64,000 nt of DNA from Lentisphaeria bacterium (GTDB taxonomy: Bacteria > Verrucomicrobiota > Lentisphaeria > JABSQK01 > JAWLHB01). Position 1 is the first letter of the stretch; each line of letters starts with the position of its first letter. The translations under genes were made by a program, and so were the position numbers. This document shows, in pieces, positions 28,747-37,704 of this stretch. The DNA lies in the NCBI GenBank assembly GCA_041690595.1, contig JAWLHB010000002.1, positions 1 through 64,000 of the forward strand, given 5' to 3'. The notes below the pieces were generated by a model. That model did not search any database and was not told where the DNA came from. It saw only the letters and a list, made by a program, of their open reading frames with translations.

Positions 28747-30006
28747 ATGCTTGCTGGATTCTCACACACCGATATCACGCCCCCCATCGGCACCCACAAG
28801 GTCGGATGGCTCAAGGTCATCGTCCCCGACCATGTCGCCGATCCCCTCGCCGCCCGCATCGCCATCTTCGACGACGGCACCACCCGCATCGCCTTCATCC
28901 AGCTCGACACCCTCTCCATCCGCTGGAGCGATACCGACGACATCCGCCGCCGCATCGCCGAACGCCACGCCTTCCCCCCAGCCAGCATCCTCGTCGCCGC
29001 CACCCATAACCATGGCGGCCCCGCCATCGCCAACATCGGCAATGTCAAGCGCGACGACGCCTACGTCGCAAGCCTCAAGCAGAAGGTCGTCGACGCCTTC
29101 GGCGCCGCCCTCGACGCCCGCCAGGAGGTCGAACTCGGCTTCGCCTCCGTCGCCGAATACCGCCTCTCGCACAACCGGCGGATCGTGCAGCGCGACGGCA
29201 TCACCAGGACCCATGGCGATCTCTTCTCCCCGGACGCTCTCTGCGTGGAAGGTCCGATCGATCCCGAAGTGGCCGTCCTCGCCGCCCGCCGTCCAGACAC
29301 CGGCCAGCTCGTCGGCGCCATTGTCAACTTCGCCTGTCATCCCGTTCACCATGGGGGCGATAACGCCTTCTCCAGCGGTTATCCCGGAGTCCTCTGCCGC
29401 GCCCTGATCGACAGCGGCATGCAGGGCGCCCTCTTCCTCAACGGCGCCTGCGGCAATATCGCCCACGGCAACCGCATCCTCAATCAACCCCTCGAACATG
29501 ACGCCATGGGCAGCCAGCTCGCCGAAGATGCCATGCGCGCCATTGCCGACATGACCTGGTCCACCGACTGGCCTCTCACCGCCGCTTCCACCCGCGTCGA
29601 CCTCCCCTACCGGAACGCCGACGACGACGAGATTGCCGGCACCCTGCGCGGCGCCCAGCGCTTCATTGACTCCGCCATCTACGATCGCGGCATGCCCACC
29701 CTCCTGGAACGAATCCGTAGCCGCGGCACACAGCCGGCGGAAGTCCAGATGCTCGGCCTCGGCAACCTGCGCTTCGTCGCCATCCCCAGCGAGTATTTCG
29801 TCGAGTTCGGATTGCGCATCAAGGAAGAGGCGTGGCCGCGCCGCGCCCTCGTCGTCAGCCATGCCAACGGCATGGTCGGCTATCTCCCCACGGCTGCCGC
29901 CTTCACCCGCGGCGGCTACGAAACCACCTTCACCGGCTCCAGCCGGCAGGCCCCCGAATCGGGCGACCTCCTGGCTGACGCCGCCATCCAACTGGCCCGT
30001 CAATGA
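28747..30006 (+). CDS. Neutral/alkaline ceramidase-like hydrolase
   Basis: DITPP, ATHNHGGP, NRR, GPIDP, NFACHP, GACGN, GGYE. Confidence 0.8.
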   Translation: MLAGFSHTDITPPIGTHKVGWLKVIVPDHVADPLAARIAIFDDGTTRIAFIQLDTLSIRWSDTDDIRRRIAERHAFPPASILVAATHNHGGPAIANIGNVKRDDAYVASLKQKVVDAFGAALDARQEVELGFASVAEYRLSHNRRIVQRDGITRTHGDLFSPDALCVEGPIDPEVAVLAARRPDTGQLVGAIVNFACHPVHHGGDNAFSSGYPGVLCRALIDSGMQGALFLNGACGNIAHGNRILNQPLEHDAMGSQLAEDAMRAIADMTWSTDWPLTAASTRVDLPYRNADDDEIAGTLRGAQRFIDSAIYDRGMPTLLERIRSRGTQPAEVQMLGLGNLRFVAIPSEYFVEFGLRIKEEAWPRRALVVSHANGMVGYLPTAAAFTRGGYETTFTGSSRQAPESGDLLADAAIQLARQ

Positions 30007-31340
30007 CCACATCCATCCTGCACGCCGGCGCCGCCTCCATCCGTATCAATGGCAACATCGGTGACGATCTGGTCGGCCAGTTGCACCGCCGCATCGCGGT
30101 GCGCATCCGCGACGACCTCGAAGCCAATGCCATCTACCTCGCTGACGGCACCGACCAGGTACTCCTGATCAGCCTCGACCTCTGCGGCCTCTTCCTCACC
30201 GACTGGGTCCGCCAAAGCTGCCAGGCCATCGAGGCTGCCTCCGGCGTCCCGGCGCGCAACGTCATCACCGCCTCCTCCCACACCCATACCGGCCCCACCA
30301 CCGCCCAGCTCCTTCACGATTCACCTACCAACGAGCGGTACCTGACCGAGCTTCGGGAAGCTCTCTGCACCCTCGCCCGTCAGGCCAAGGATGCTGCCCG
30401 CCCCGCCGAGGCCGCCTGGGCATCCGGCCACGCCCGCATCGGCTACAATCGCCGACTCTGCTGGGCCGACGGCACCCACTCCATGTATGGCGACGCCACC
30501 CGCCCCGACTTCGCCGGCATCGAGGGCCCCGACGATCCCCAGCACAATCTCCTCGCCCTCTTTGCCGAAGATGACACCCTCATCGCCCTCCTCCACAACA
30601 ACAGCTGCCACGCCACCAGCGTGGAAGGCGACGACTACTACTCCGCCGACTTCCCCGGCGAAGCCCGCCGCCTCCTCCGCGAAACCCTTCGCCCCGACCT
30701 CCCCGTCCTCTACCTCCAGGGCGCCAGCGGCGACATCAGCCCGTGGCAGATGGTTCCCCGCGCCCGCCGTTACGACGGCCAGCAGCGCCTGCACGAGATC
30801 GGCGCCACCCTCGCCGCCGAAAGCCTGCGCCTCCTGCGCGACGCGCCGCGCCATTCCAGCCCCATCCTCCGCCATGCCTGGCAGGATCTCCGCCTCCCCG
30901 TCCGCACCCTCACGGAGGCCCAACTCGCCGCCGCCCGCGCCGTCGAAGTCGCCGGCGAAGCCAGCTCCGGTCGCGCCCATTACGTCCTCCAGGTCGACGG
31001 CGCCCTGCGCCTGCACCACGACTTCCACGACAAGCCCATCGACACCCTCGCCATCCATGTTCTCCGCATCGGCGACTTCGCCATCGTCACCAATCCCTGC
31101 GAACTCTACTGCCAGTTCGGCCTCGACATCAAACGCCGAAGCCCCGCCGCCGTCACCGCCGTCACCCAGCTCGCCGACGGTTTCTCCGGCTACTGCCCCA
31201 CCCTCCATGCGGTCCACGGTGGCGGCTATTCCGCCGATACCACTTGGTGGACCCGCCTCACCCCCGACGCCGGCTACCGCCTCGTCGAAGCCTCCGCCTG
31301 CCTCCTCCATCAGCAGTTCACCCCCACGCCCAGGAGCTGA
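30003..31340 (+). CDS. Neutral/alkaline ceramidase-like hydrolase
   Basis: SHTHTGP, NRR, GPDDP, SCHAT, SADFPG, GASGD, GGY; ATGA overlap with the upstream gene. Confidence 0.8.
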   Translation: MTTSILHAGAASIRINGNIGDDLVGQLHRRIAVRIRDDLEANAIYLADGTDQVLLISLDLCGLFLTDWVRQSCQAIEAASGVPARNVITASSHTHTGPTTAQLLHDSPTNERYLTELREALCTLARQAKDAARPAEAAWASGHARIGYNRRLCWADGTHSMYGDATRPDFAGIEGPDDPQHNLLALFAEDDTLIALLHNNSCHATSVEGDDYYSADFPGEARRLLRETLRPDLPVLYLQGASGDISPWQMVPRARRYDGQQRLHEIGATLAAESLRLLRDAPRHSSPILRHAWQDLRLPVRTLTEAQLAAARAVEVAGEASSGRAHYVLQVDGALRLHHDFHDKPIDTLAIHVLRIGDFAIVTNPCELYCQFGLDIKRRSPAAVTAVTQLADGFSGYCPTLHAVHGGGYSADTTWWTRLTPDAGYRLVEASACLLHQQFTPTPRS

Positions 31341-31402
31341 CCCGCCTCCCCCGATTCGCCTCGCGGCGCCCCCCGCCCTCCATCGTTTCCTTTGGGTACG
31401 TG

Positions 31403-31430
31403 TTGAAAGTTAACGCTACCTCTGTATAAT
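31403..31430 (+). promoter_or_regulatory. sigma70-type promoter
   Basis: TTGAAA-N16-TATAAT upstream of 31513. Confidence 0.65.
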
Positions 31431-31512
31431 ATCACTGCCCTGCTGAACGTACCCCTCTCACCCACTCCAGTGGCGCGCGGGCCTCTTACCTGCCCGGCGT
31501 CCCCTGCTCACC

Positions 31513-32160
31513 ATGCGAAAAAACAAGATCCTTTCCAGTGAGTTCTACGAGTTCAAGCTCCTCAAGCACGTCGAAGACTCACCACGGCTGAGCAACCGCA
31601 AGGCCGCCGACATCCTCGGGGTCAGCCTCAAGCTCGCCCACGATGTCCTCACCCGCATGGTCACCAAGGGCTACTTCCACGTCAAGAAGCATCATGCCCG
31701 CCGCTGGGACTACTTCCTCACCCCCACCGGCATCTCCGAGAAAGCCCGTCTCACCTACGACTTCATCGACTTCAGCATGAGCTTCTACCGCGAAGCACGA
31801 CGCCTGAGCGCCGAACTCTGCCGCGACCTGGCCGAGCAGGACAAACGCCGCGTCTCCTTCCTCGGCAGTGGCGATCTCGCCGAGATCACCTACCTCGGCG
31901 TCAAGGAATGGGACCTCTCCCTGCAGCACGTCTACGATCAGCAGCCCGCCGGCAAACGCTTCATGCAGCGCGACATCGTCCCCCTTGCCCAACTCCCCAA
32001 GGACGATGCCGACATCCTCATCGTCTGCCTCTACGACTCGGCCATGCCCCTGCGCAACAACTACCTCCCCAAGGGACTCGCGCCCCTCCCCCACATGCGC
32101 TGGATCTTCAACTGCCCCGCTGAGATCGCCCAGGATCCGGCGCCGCCCGGTGGCGGGTGA
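31513..32160 (+). CDS. Winged-helix (MarR-like, EPS-locus-type) transcriptional regulator
   Basis: SNRKAADILGVSL HTH, YFLTPTGISEKARLT, then a Rossmann-like FLGSGDLAEI segment. Confidence 0.8.
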   Translation: MRKNKILSSEFYEFKLLKHVEDSPRLSNRKAADILGVSLKLAHDVLTRMVTKGYFHVKKHHARRWDYFLTPTGISEKARLTYDFIDFSMSFYREARRLSAELCRDLAEQDKRRVSFLGSGDLAEITYLGVKEWDLSLQHVYDQQPAGKRFMQRDIVPLAQLPKDDADILIVCLYDSAMPLRNNYLPKGLAPLPHMRWIFNCPAEIAQDPAPPGGG

Positions 32161-32728
32161 TCTCACGCGAGAGGAAGTGACGCAGAAAGGTCGCCACCTC
32201 CTCGCTACTCCCGGTGTAGACCGTCACCGGCCGATAGCTGCTCGTCCGCGCCAGCGTCACGATGTAGGTCCAGGTCGATCGCCGCTCCCAGCCATGGCGA
32301 CTCCGCTGCTCCTTCTCGATCGCCTCGATATCCACCACGCGGATATCCAGCAGCGGCACCTTCGCCTTACGCAGAGAGGCAAAAGGTCTATCCTCCATCC
32401 GGAAGTACTGACGATCCAGCGTGATCGTCTTCTTCTTCACCAGCAGAAAGAGCACCATCAGGCTCCCCGCCAGCCCTAGCACCACCGCTCCCCCCGTCAC
32501 CGGATCATCCAGCCGCAACTGGTCCAGCCCCTGCCGAATCGCCAGGTACGCCAGGTACCCGCTTCCCCCCAGCCAGAGCAACACCAGCGCCACCCGCGCC
32601 GCCACCGTCGGCTGGACCACCACCTTCAAGCCATCACCCACCCGCGCCACCCGCACTCCCGCCGGCGCCTCCAGATCCCCCTCGTGCGCCAGCTTCTCCA
32701 GCAACTCCGCATACGCCCGCTTATCCAT
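32108..32728 (-). CDS. Hypothetical membrane protein (2 TM)
   Basis: AGGAGGAG RBS, two hydrophobic segments; 3' end overlaps the convergent regulator gene. Confidence 0.65.
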   Translation of the reverse strand: MDKRAYAELLEKLAHEGDLEAPAGVRVARVGDGLKVVVQPTVAARVALVLLWLGGSGYLAYLAIRQGLDQLRLDDPVTGGAVVLGLAGSLMVLFLLVKKKTITLDRQYFRMEDRPFASLRKAKVPLLDIRVVDIEAIEKEQRSRHGWERRSTWTYIVTLARTSSYRPVTVYTGSSEEVATFLRHFLSREITRHRAAPDPGRSQRGS

Positions 32729-32819
32729 CCCATCTCCTCCTGTTCTCAATTCCACCCCTACCTTAACTCCCAACCCACCCACCATCAACCCGTCAAAAAT
32801 CTCCTCATGGTCCGTCCGG

Positions 32820-32905
32820 GAATCCCGACGGGATTCTGCCCCATAGCCCAGGGTTGTGCCGCGGCTACCCTGGGCTGGGGGACGATGCCCCTTCAGGGCA
32901 TTCCT
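32820..32905. repeat. Solo REP-like palindrome cluster
   Basis: GAATCCC-GAC-GGGATTC, AGCCCAGGGT...ACCCTGGGCT and ATGCCC-CTTCA-GGGCAT hairpins. Confidence 0.7.
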
Positions 32906-32929
32906 GGCGTGTTACGCCAAGGAGGAAGC

Positions 32930-33397
32930 GTGACGGTCACAGCCCAGACCAGAACCGCTAACGAGGAAAGGCTTCCGCCGCGCAGTACTTGGTACTTCAG
33001 CAACTGGAGTGTTGCGGTTGGCTATCCGATTTCCAGGAATTTCATCCGCTCCAAGCCCCCCAGAGGCAAGGGCATGGATGCCAAGATCGTCTTCGACGGC
33101 AAGAGCCTCACCTTCGACAACGGCTTCAACAGCGACAAGGAGATCCGCCAGATCACCGCCGAAGCCGACTACATCCAGAACCTCTTGACCGCCCTCCTCG
33201 CAACCCTGCCCGCCGCGGCCTGCACCTTCACCGACTCCCGCCCCATGCCCATCCGCCCGCTCCTCGTCTATCCCGGGTGGTACATCGACTACAGCAAAGC
33301 CAAAGGCGCCAGCGTGCGCGTCATCAACGACACCATGCTCGTCGACCATATCAACAATTCCACCAGAACCCTCGCTGTCTCAACGCCCAGCCCCTGA
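32930..33397 (+). pseudogene. Fragment of a NERD-like nuclease-domain gene
   Basis: RSKP..AKIVFDG..IRQ..AEADYI..IRPLLVYPGWYI resembles the C-terminal half of NERD domains. The N-terminal catalytic part is absent and the stop codon comes from the first tandem repeat. Confidence 0.5.
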
Positions 33398-33979
33398 GAC
33401 GGAGCAGGTCTGGCCTTTACGCTACGGCCGTCCCGAAGGGACATGGGAATCTAGCCGGGGCGCTTCAGCCCCCGGATCTGGCAGCTCACCATTTCCGCGC
33501 CCCGAAGCGGGCGCCGGCAAAGTTGTCTCAACGCCCAGCCCCTGAGACGGAGCAGGTCTGGCCTTTACGCTGCGGCAGTCCCGAAGGGACATGGGAATCT
33601 AGCCGGGGCGCTTCAGCCCCCGGATCTGGCAGCTCACCATTTCCGCGCCCCGAAGCGGGCGCCGGCAAAGTTGTCTCAACGCCCAGCCCCTGAGACGGAG
33701 CAGGTCTGGCCTTTACGCTACGGCAGTCCCGAAGGGACATGGGAATCTAGCCGGGGCGCTTCAGCCCCCGGATCTGGCAGTTCACCATTTCCGCGCCCCG
33801 AAGCGGGCGCCGGCAAAGTTGTCTCAACGCCCAGCCCCTGAGACGGAGCAGGTCTGGCCTTTACGCTACGGCCGTCCCGAAGGGACATGGGAATCTAGCC
33901 GGGGCGCTTCAGCCCCCGGATCTGGCAGTTCACCATTTCCGCGCCCCGAAGCGGGCGCCGGCAAGGTTGTCTCAACGCC
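33377..33979. repeat. Tandem array, 4 x 148 bp plus an 11-bp partial copy, of a multi-hairpin REP-like unit
   Basis: GTCTCAACGCC starts at 33377, 33525, 33673, 33821 and 33969. The unit contains GTCCCGAAGGGAC, CCGGGGCGCTTCAGCCCCCGG and GCGCCCCGAAGCGGGCGC. Confidence 0.97.
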
Positions 33980-34430
33980 AGATGTAACGCGTGTCATACG
34001 CTACTCCATGGCGTTCCAGGAACCCCAGAAACTCCTCCTGGAAGGAACGGTGACGATGATGTTCCGCTTGTTTCTGGATGTACCGCATAACCTGGTGCAG
34101 CTGCGATTCGCTGACTGAAAACGCTCCATAGCCATCCTGCCAGCCAAAATGACGATTGACCTTCTTGACATTGTTGAGCCATGACGACGAGTTCCCCTTT
34201 ACCTTCTGCATTAGGTCCGACAAGGAATTCGACGGTTTCAACCTGACAGCCAGGTGGACATGATCCGCCATTCCCCCGATCTGCAGACAGCTTCCGCCTT
34301 CGCCTCGGACGATTCCCCCCATATAGGCGTATAGATCATCCTGGAAATCAGGATGTATCAACGTATCCCGGTTCTTGGTGCTGAATATGAGGTGGAAGTT
34401 TAGATTGGTGAAGGTGCCGGCCATAGTCAT
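33972..34430 (-). mobile_element. tnpA: IS200/IS605-family HUH (Y1) transposase TnpA, REP-associated (RAYT-like)
   Basis: HLIFSTKNR, GGMADHVHL (HUH), KGNSS, WQDGYGAFSVS, catalytic YIQKQ; no tnpB nearby. Confidence 0.93.
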
Positions 34431-34452
34431 TCTCCCACAGGATTAATCAGCT

Positions 34453-35020
34453 GCCGGCGCCCCTTCGACTTCGGGGCGCCGGATCAACAGGCGAATACTG
34501 AATCCGGGGGCTGAAGCCCCCCGGCTACATCCCAATGTCCCTTCGGGACAGCCTCACTTTAACTGCTGATTGCACGATTCGCCACTATGTGCCAGCCCAT
34601 TCTGAGAACGTTGCCAGCGCCCCTTTCGGGGCGCCGGATTAACAGCGAATCCGTAATCCGGGGGCTGAAGCGCCCCGGCTACATCCCAATGTCCCTTCGG
34701 GACAGCCTCTCGCCACGGCTACTTCATGATGTCCTTCGGGACAGCCTCTCGCCACGGCTACATCCCAATGTCCCTTCGGGACAGCCTCTCGCCACGGCTA
34801 CATCATGATGTCCTTCGGGACAGCCTCGCCAGGCGAATCCGTAATCCGGGGGCTGAAGCGCCACCGCTACATCCCAATGTCCCTTCGGGACAGCCTCTCG
34901 CCACGGCTACTTCATGATGTCCTTCGGGACAGCCTCGCCAGGCAAATCCGTAATCCGGGGGCTGAAGCGCCACCGCTACATCCCAATGTCCCTTCAGGAC
35001 AGCCTCGCGCCACGGCTGCA
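34453..35020. repeat. Mosaic array of REP-like hairpins, inverted relative to the 33.4-34.0 kb array
   Basis: Eight copies of GTCC(C)TTCRGGACAGCC and four copies of ATCCGGGGGCTGAAGC..C.GCTAC; the minus strand reads GTAG followed by a palindrome. Confidence 0.95.
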
Positions 35021-35083
35021 TACCTTGGTCCCTGCAGGCACCGGATCAGGCTCTTCCCCTTGAGGGAGAGGGATCTCTTGCCC

Positions 35084-35407
35084 TTACGCTATGGTCAACC
35101 TGCCGCCTGCCGAAAGCGATGTCTGCACTCGCCAGTTTCCTTCTCCCTCCGTGAATGCCGCGGCAAGTGACTCGCCGTCGAGGCTCAGGCATTGCGGCTT
35201 CCGCGTCAGCACGAGATTCAGCTCGCCGGCATGGTGGACAGTCGCGCTGAGGGTGCTATCGCTATAGGCAGTGTCGGCGATTCCGTGATCGGCATCGAGG
35301 ATTTGTTGTTGACAGTATGCCGGAGAGATGGCCAGGAGGATGCTTGCGTGGGGGCGTAGCGCCACCTCGATAGCCTGCCTGAAGGTGCTGGTTTGCAGCT
35401 TCCACAC
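35084..35407 (-). pseudogene. Probable C-terminal gene remnant directly after the tRNA 3' end
   Basis: 107-aa beta-rich ORF (LSLDGESL..WRV...GRLTIA) resembling a hydrolase C-terminal accessory domain, starting about 20 nt from the tRNA CCA. Confidence 0.3.
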
Positions 35408-35428
35408 ATTCTTGAGGCTGGAGGGAAG

Positions 35429-35504
35429 TGGTACACCCGCTCGGGATCGAACCGAGGACTCGCGGATTAAGAGTCCGCTGCTCTACCAGCTGAGCTACGG
35501 GTGC
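35429..35504 (-). tRNA. tRNA-Lys (anticodon CTT)
   Basis: GCACCCGTAGCTCAGCTGGTAGAGCAGCGGACTCTTAATCCGCGAGTCCTCGGTTCGATCCCGAGCGGGTGTACCA; 76 nt, cloverleaf, encoded CCA. Confidence 0.97.
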
Positions 35505-35702
35505 ACCTCGAACAATTGGCAGGTCAGTACTTTAGCTGCCGGCCCGACGAGATCAAATCGTTTTGCGAAAAAAAAGGCGCTTTTCGGGGGGCAGGCGCGT
35601 GAGGCTTGCCGATTCTTGCGGCGGGGGGAGAGTCGGTCTATCGTAGGTAGTCCGGCGGGTCCTTTGGATTCGCTCCTATTCAACTTCAAACGGGAGAATA
35701 GT

Positions 35703-36470
35703 ATGATACGCACACTGTTGACGATCGCGGGGGCCTGTCTGGCTCTTCCGCTGCTGGCGGCCCTGCAGGAGAAGGAGGTCGAGTACACGCATGGTGACGA
35801 GGCGCTGCAGGGGTACATGGTCTGGGACGAGGCGGCCGCGGCAAAGGGCAAGCTGCCGACGGTGCTGATCGTCCACCAGTGGATGGGACTTGGCGATTAT
35901 GAGAAAGCACGGGCGCGAATGCTGGCGGAGATGGGCTATCTGGCCTTTGCGATCGACATGTACGGAAAGGGAACGCGCGCCGAAAGCCGTGAGCAGGCGC
36001 GGGCCTTGACGACAAAGTTCCGCGGTGATCGGCAGCTGATGCGCAGCCGGGCGAATGCGGCGCTGGAGCATGCCCGAACGCTGCCGCAAGCGGATGCCGG
36101 GCGCATCGCGGCAATCGGCTACTGCTTCGGTGGCGGGGTGGTGCTGGAGCTGGCGCGCAGCGGCGCGGAGCTGGCGGGGGTAGTCAGTTTTCATGGCAAT
36201 CTGGATACGCCGAATGCAGCGGACGCGAAGCAGAGCAAAGCGGCGATCCTGGTCTGCCATGGGGCCGCCGACAGCAGCGTGAAGATGGACCAGGTGGTGG
36301 CCTTCGTGGAAGAGATGGAGGCGACGGATGTCGACTGGTACATGACCATCTACGCGGACGCGGTGCATGGCTTCACGCATTTCGACGACGAGTCGCGCCA
36401 TGACGAGGTGGCGGATGAGCGTTCCTGGCGGGAGATGCAGGAGTTCTTCGCGGAGATCTTTGCGAAGTGA
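35703..36470 (+). CDS. Dienelactone hydrolase family protein with signal peptide
   Basis: HQWMG, AIGYCFGG nucleophile elbow, SFHG, HGAAD, HGFT. Confidence 0.92.
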   Translation: MIRTLLTIAGACLALPLLAALQEKEVEYTHGDEALQGYMVWDEAAAAKGKLPTVLIVHQWMGLGDYEKARARMLAEMGYLAFAIDMYGKGTRAESREQARALTTKFRGDRQLMRSRANAALEHARTLPQADAGRIAAIGYCFGGGVVLELARSGAELAGVVSFHGNLDTPNAADAKQSKAAILVCHGAADSSVKMDQVVAFVEEMEATDVDWYMTIYADAVHGFTHFDDESRHDEVADERSWREMQEFFAEIFAK

Positions 36471-36643
36471 TCCGGCATCGCTTCAAAGGGTTGACGGGAA
36501 AAATAGTTGGAAAGATCGGGTTGGGGCGCCTCCACATCTCTTGCCCGAGGTGCTATCTTTCCGGAAGTTGCCGGTTTGGCAAGCAGGGGCGAATGGCTTT
36601 GTAAGTACGAGATCCACCCCACGACAAGGAGCCGCAAGGCGGA

Positions 36644-37555
36644 ATGATGATGATCAAGAAGCTCAATGACGAATTCGGTATGGACCGGGCGCTGACCTTC
36701 GAGGATGGCCCCGGAGGATTGATACTGGCGCACATCACCAGCAAACAAGCCAATGCGACCGTCGCGCTGCATGGCGCGCACGTGCTGAGCTATACGCCCG
36801 CCGGCCATGAGGATCTGCTCTGGCTGAGCCGCGACAGCATCTTTGCCCCCGGCGAGCCCATCCGCGGCGGCATCCCCATCTGCTGGCCATGGTTTGGCGC
36901 GCATCCCGAGCATAGTTCGCTTCCGGCCCATGGCTTCGCCAGGCGTCGCCAGTGGGAGGTGGAGAGCACCAGCGAGCTGGACGATGGGGCCATTCAGATT
37001 CGCCTCGCCCTGCGGGATGATGAAGAGAGCCGGCAAATCTGGCCGCATCCTTTCGAGCTGACGGCCCAGGTAACCGTCGGCGCCAAGCTGCGGCTCGAGC
37101 TCACCATGCATAACCCCGGGCCTGACGCATACACGATCACGGCAGCGCTGCACAGCTACTTCTGCGTCCGCAACATCGCCGATGTGGTGATTCACGGGTT
37201 GGATGGCTGCACCTACATCGACACAGTCGGTGGCGCCAACAGCCGCCACAAGCAGAATGGCGCGATCACCATCAACGAAGAGGTCGACCGTATCTATCTG
37301 GACACCACCGCCGACGTGCTGATCGATACGCCTTCGCGCCATCGCCGCCTTCGGGTGGCCAAGGAAGGGAGCCTGAGCACGGTGGTGTGGAATCCGTGGA
37401 TAGCGAAGGCCGTACGCATGCCGGATTTCGGTAACGACGAATACGGTTCCATGGTCTGCGTGGAGAGCGCCAACAACGCCAACGATGTGGTGAAGCTGGC
37501 CCCAGGTGCTTCGCACACCACCACGACCATCATCAGCGCCGAAACGCTGGGGTAG
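36644..37555 (+). CDS. D-hexose-6-phosphate mutarotase (YeaD-like, aldose 1-epimerase family)
   Basis: HGAHVLSY, IRGGIPICWPWFG, HGFAR, ALHSYF, VVWNPW, VCVE. Confidence 0.93.
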   Translation: MMMIKKLNDEFGMDRALTFEDGPGGLILAHITSKQANATVALHGAHVLSYTPAGHEDLLWLSRDSIFAPGEPIRGGIPICWPWFGAHPEHSSLPAHGFARRRQWEVESTSELDDGAIQIRLALRDDEESRQIWPHPFELTAQVTVGAKLRLELTMHNPGPDAYTITAALHSYFCVRNIADVVIHGLDGCTYIDTVGGANSRHKQNGAITINEEVDRIYLDTTADVLIDTPSRHRRLRVAKEGSLSTVVWNPWIAKAVRMPDFGNDEYGSMVCVESANNANDVVKLAPGASHTTTTIISAETLG

Positions 37556-37603
37556 TAAGCAGCCAAATCCAGGCCCTCTGGGTGTGGGCCGTCTCACGAG
37601 CAA

Positions 37604-37656
37604 AGCGCCAGGTTCCTGGCCCGGAAGCTCCCGTTGGCCAAGGGAACCTGTGCGCT
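37604..37656. terminator. Long GC-rich hairpin between convergent genes
   Basis: AGCGC-CAGGTTCC-TGGCC...GGCCA-GGAACCTG-GCGCT. Confidence 0.5.
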
Positions 37657-37704
37657 ATCGCATGTACTGGCCCCGCGGAACCTCGAATTGAGCTGAGAAC
37701 GTCG

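Noticed and set aside
33377..35020. CRISPR array or coding repeats around tnpA
   Set aside because: There are no unique spacers, the units are near-identical hairpin composites, and the ORFs are repeat translations.
35429..35504. Prophage or integrative element at tRNA-Lys
   Set aside because: No integrase and no duplicated tRNA 3' end were seen in the window.
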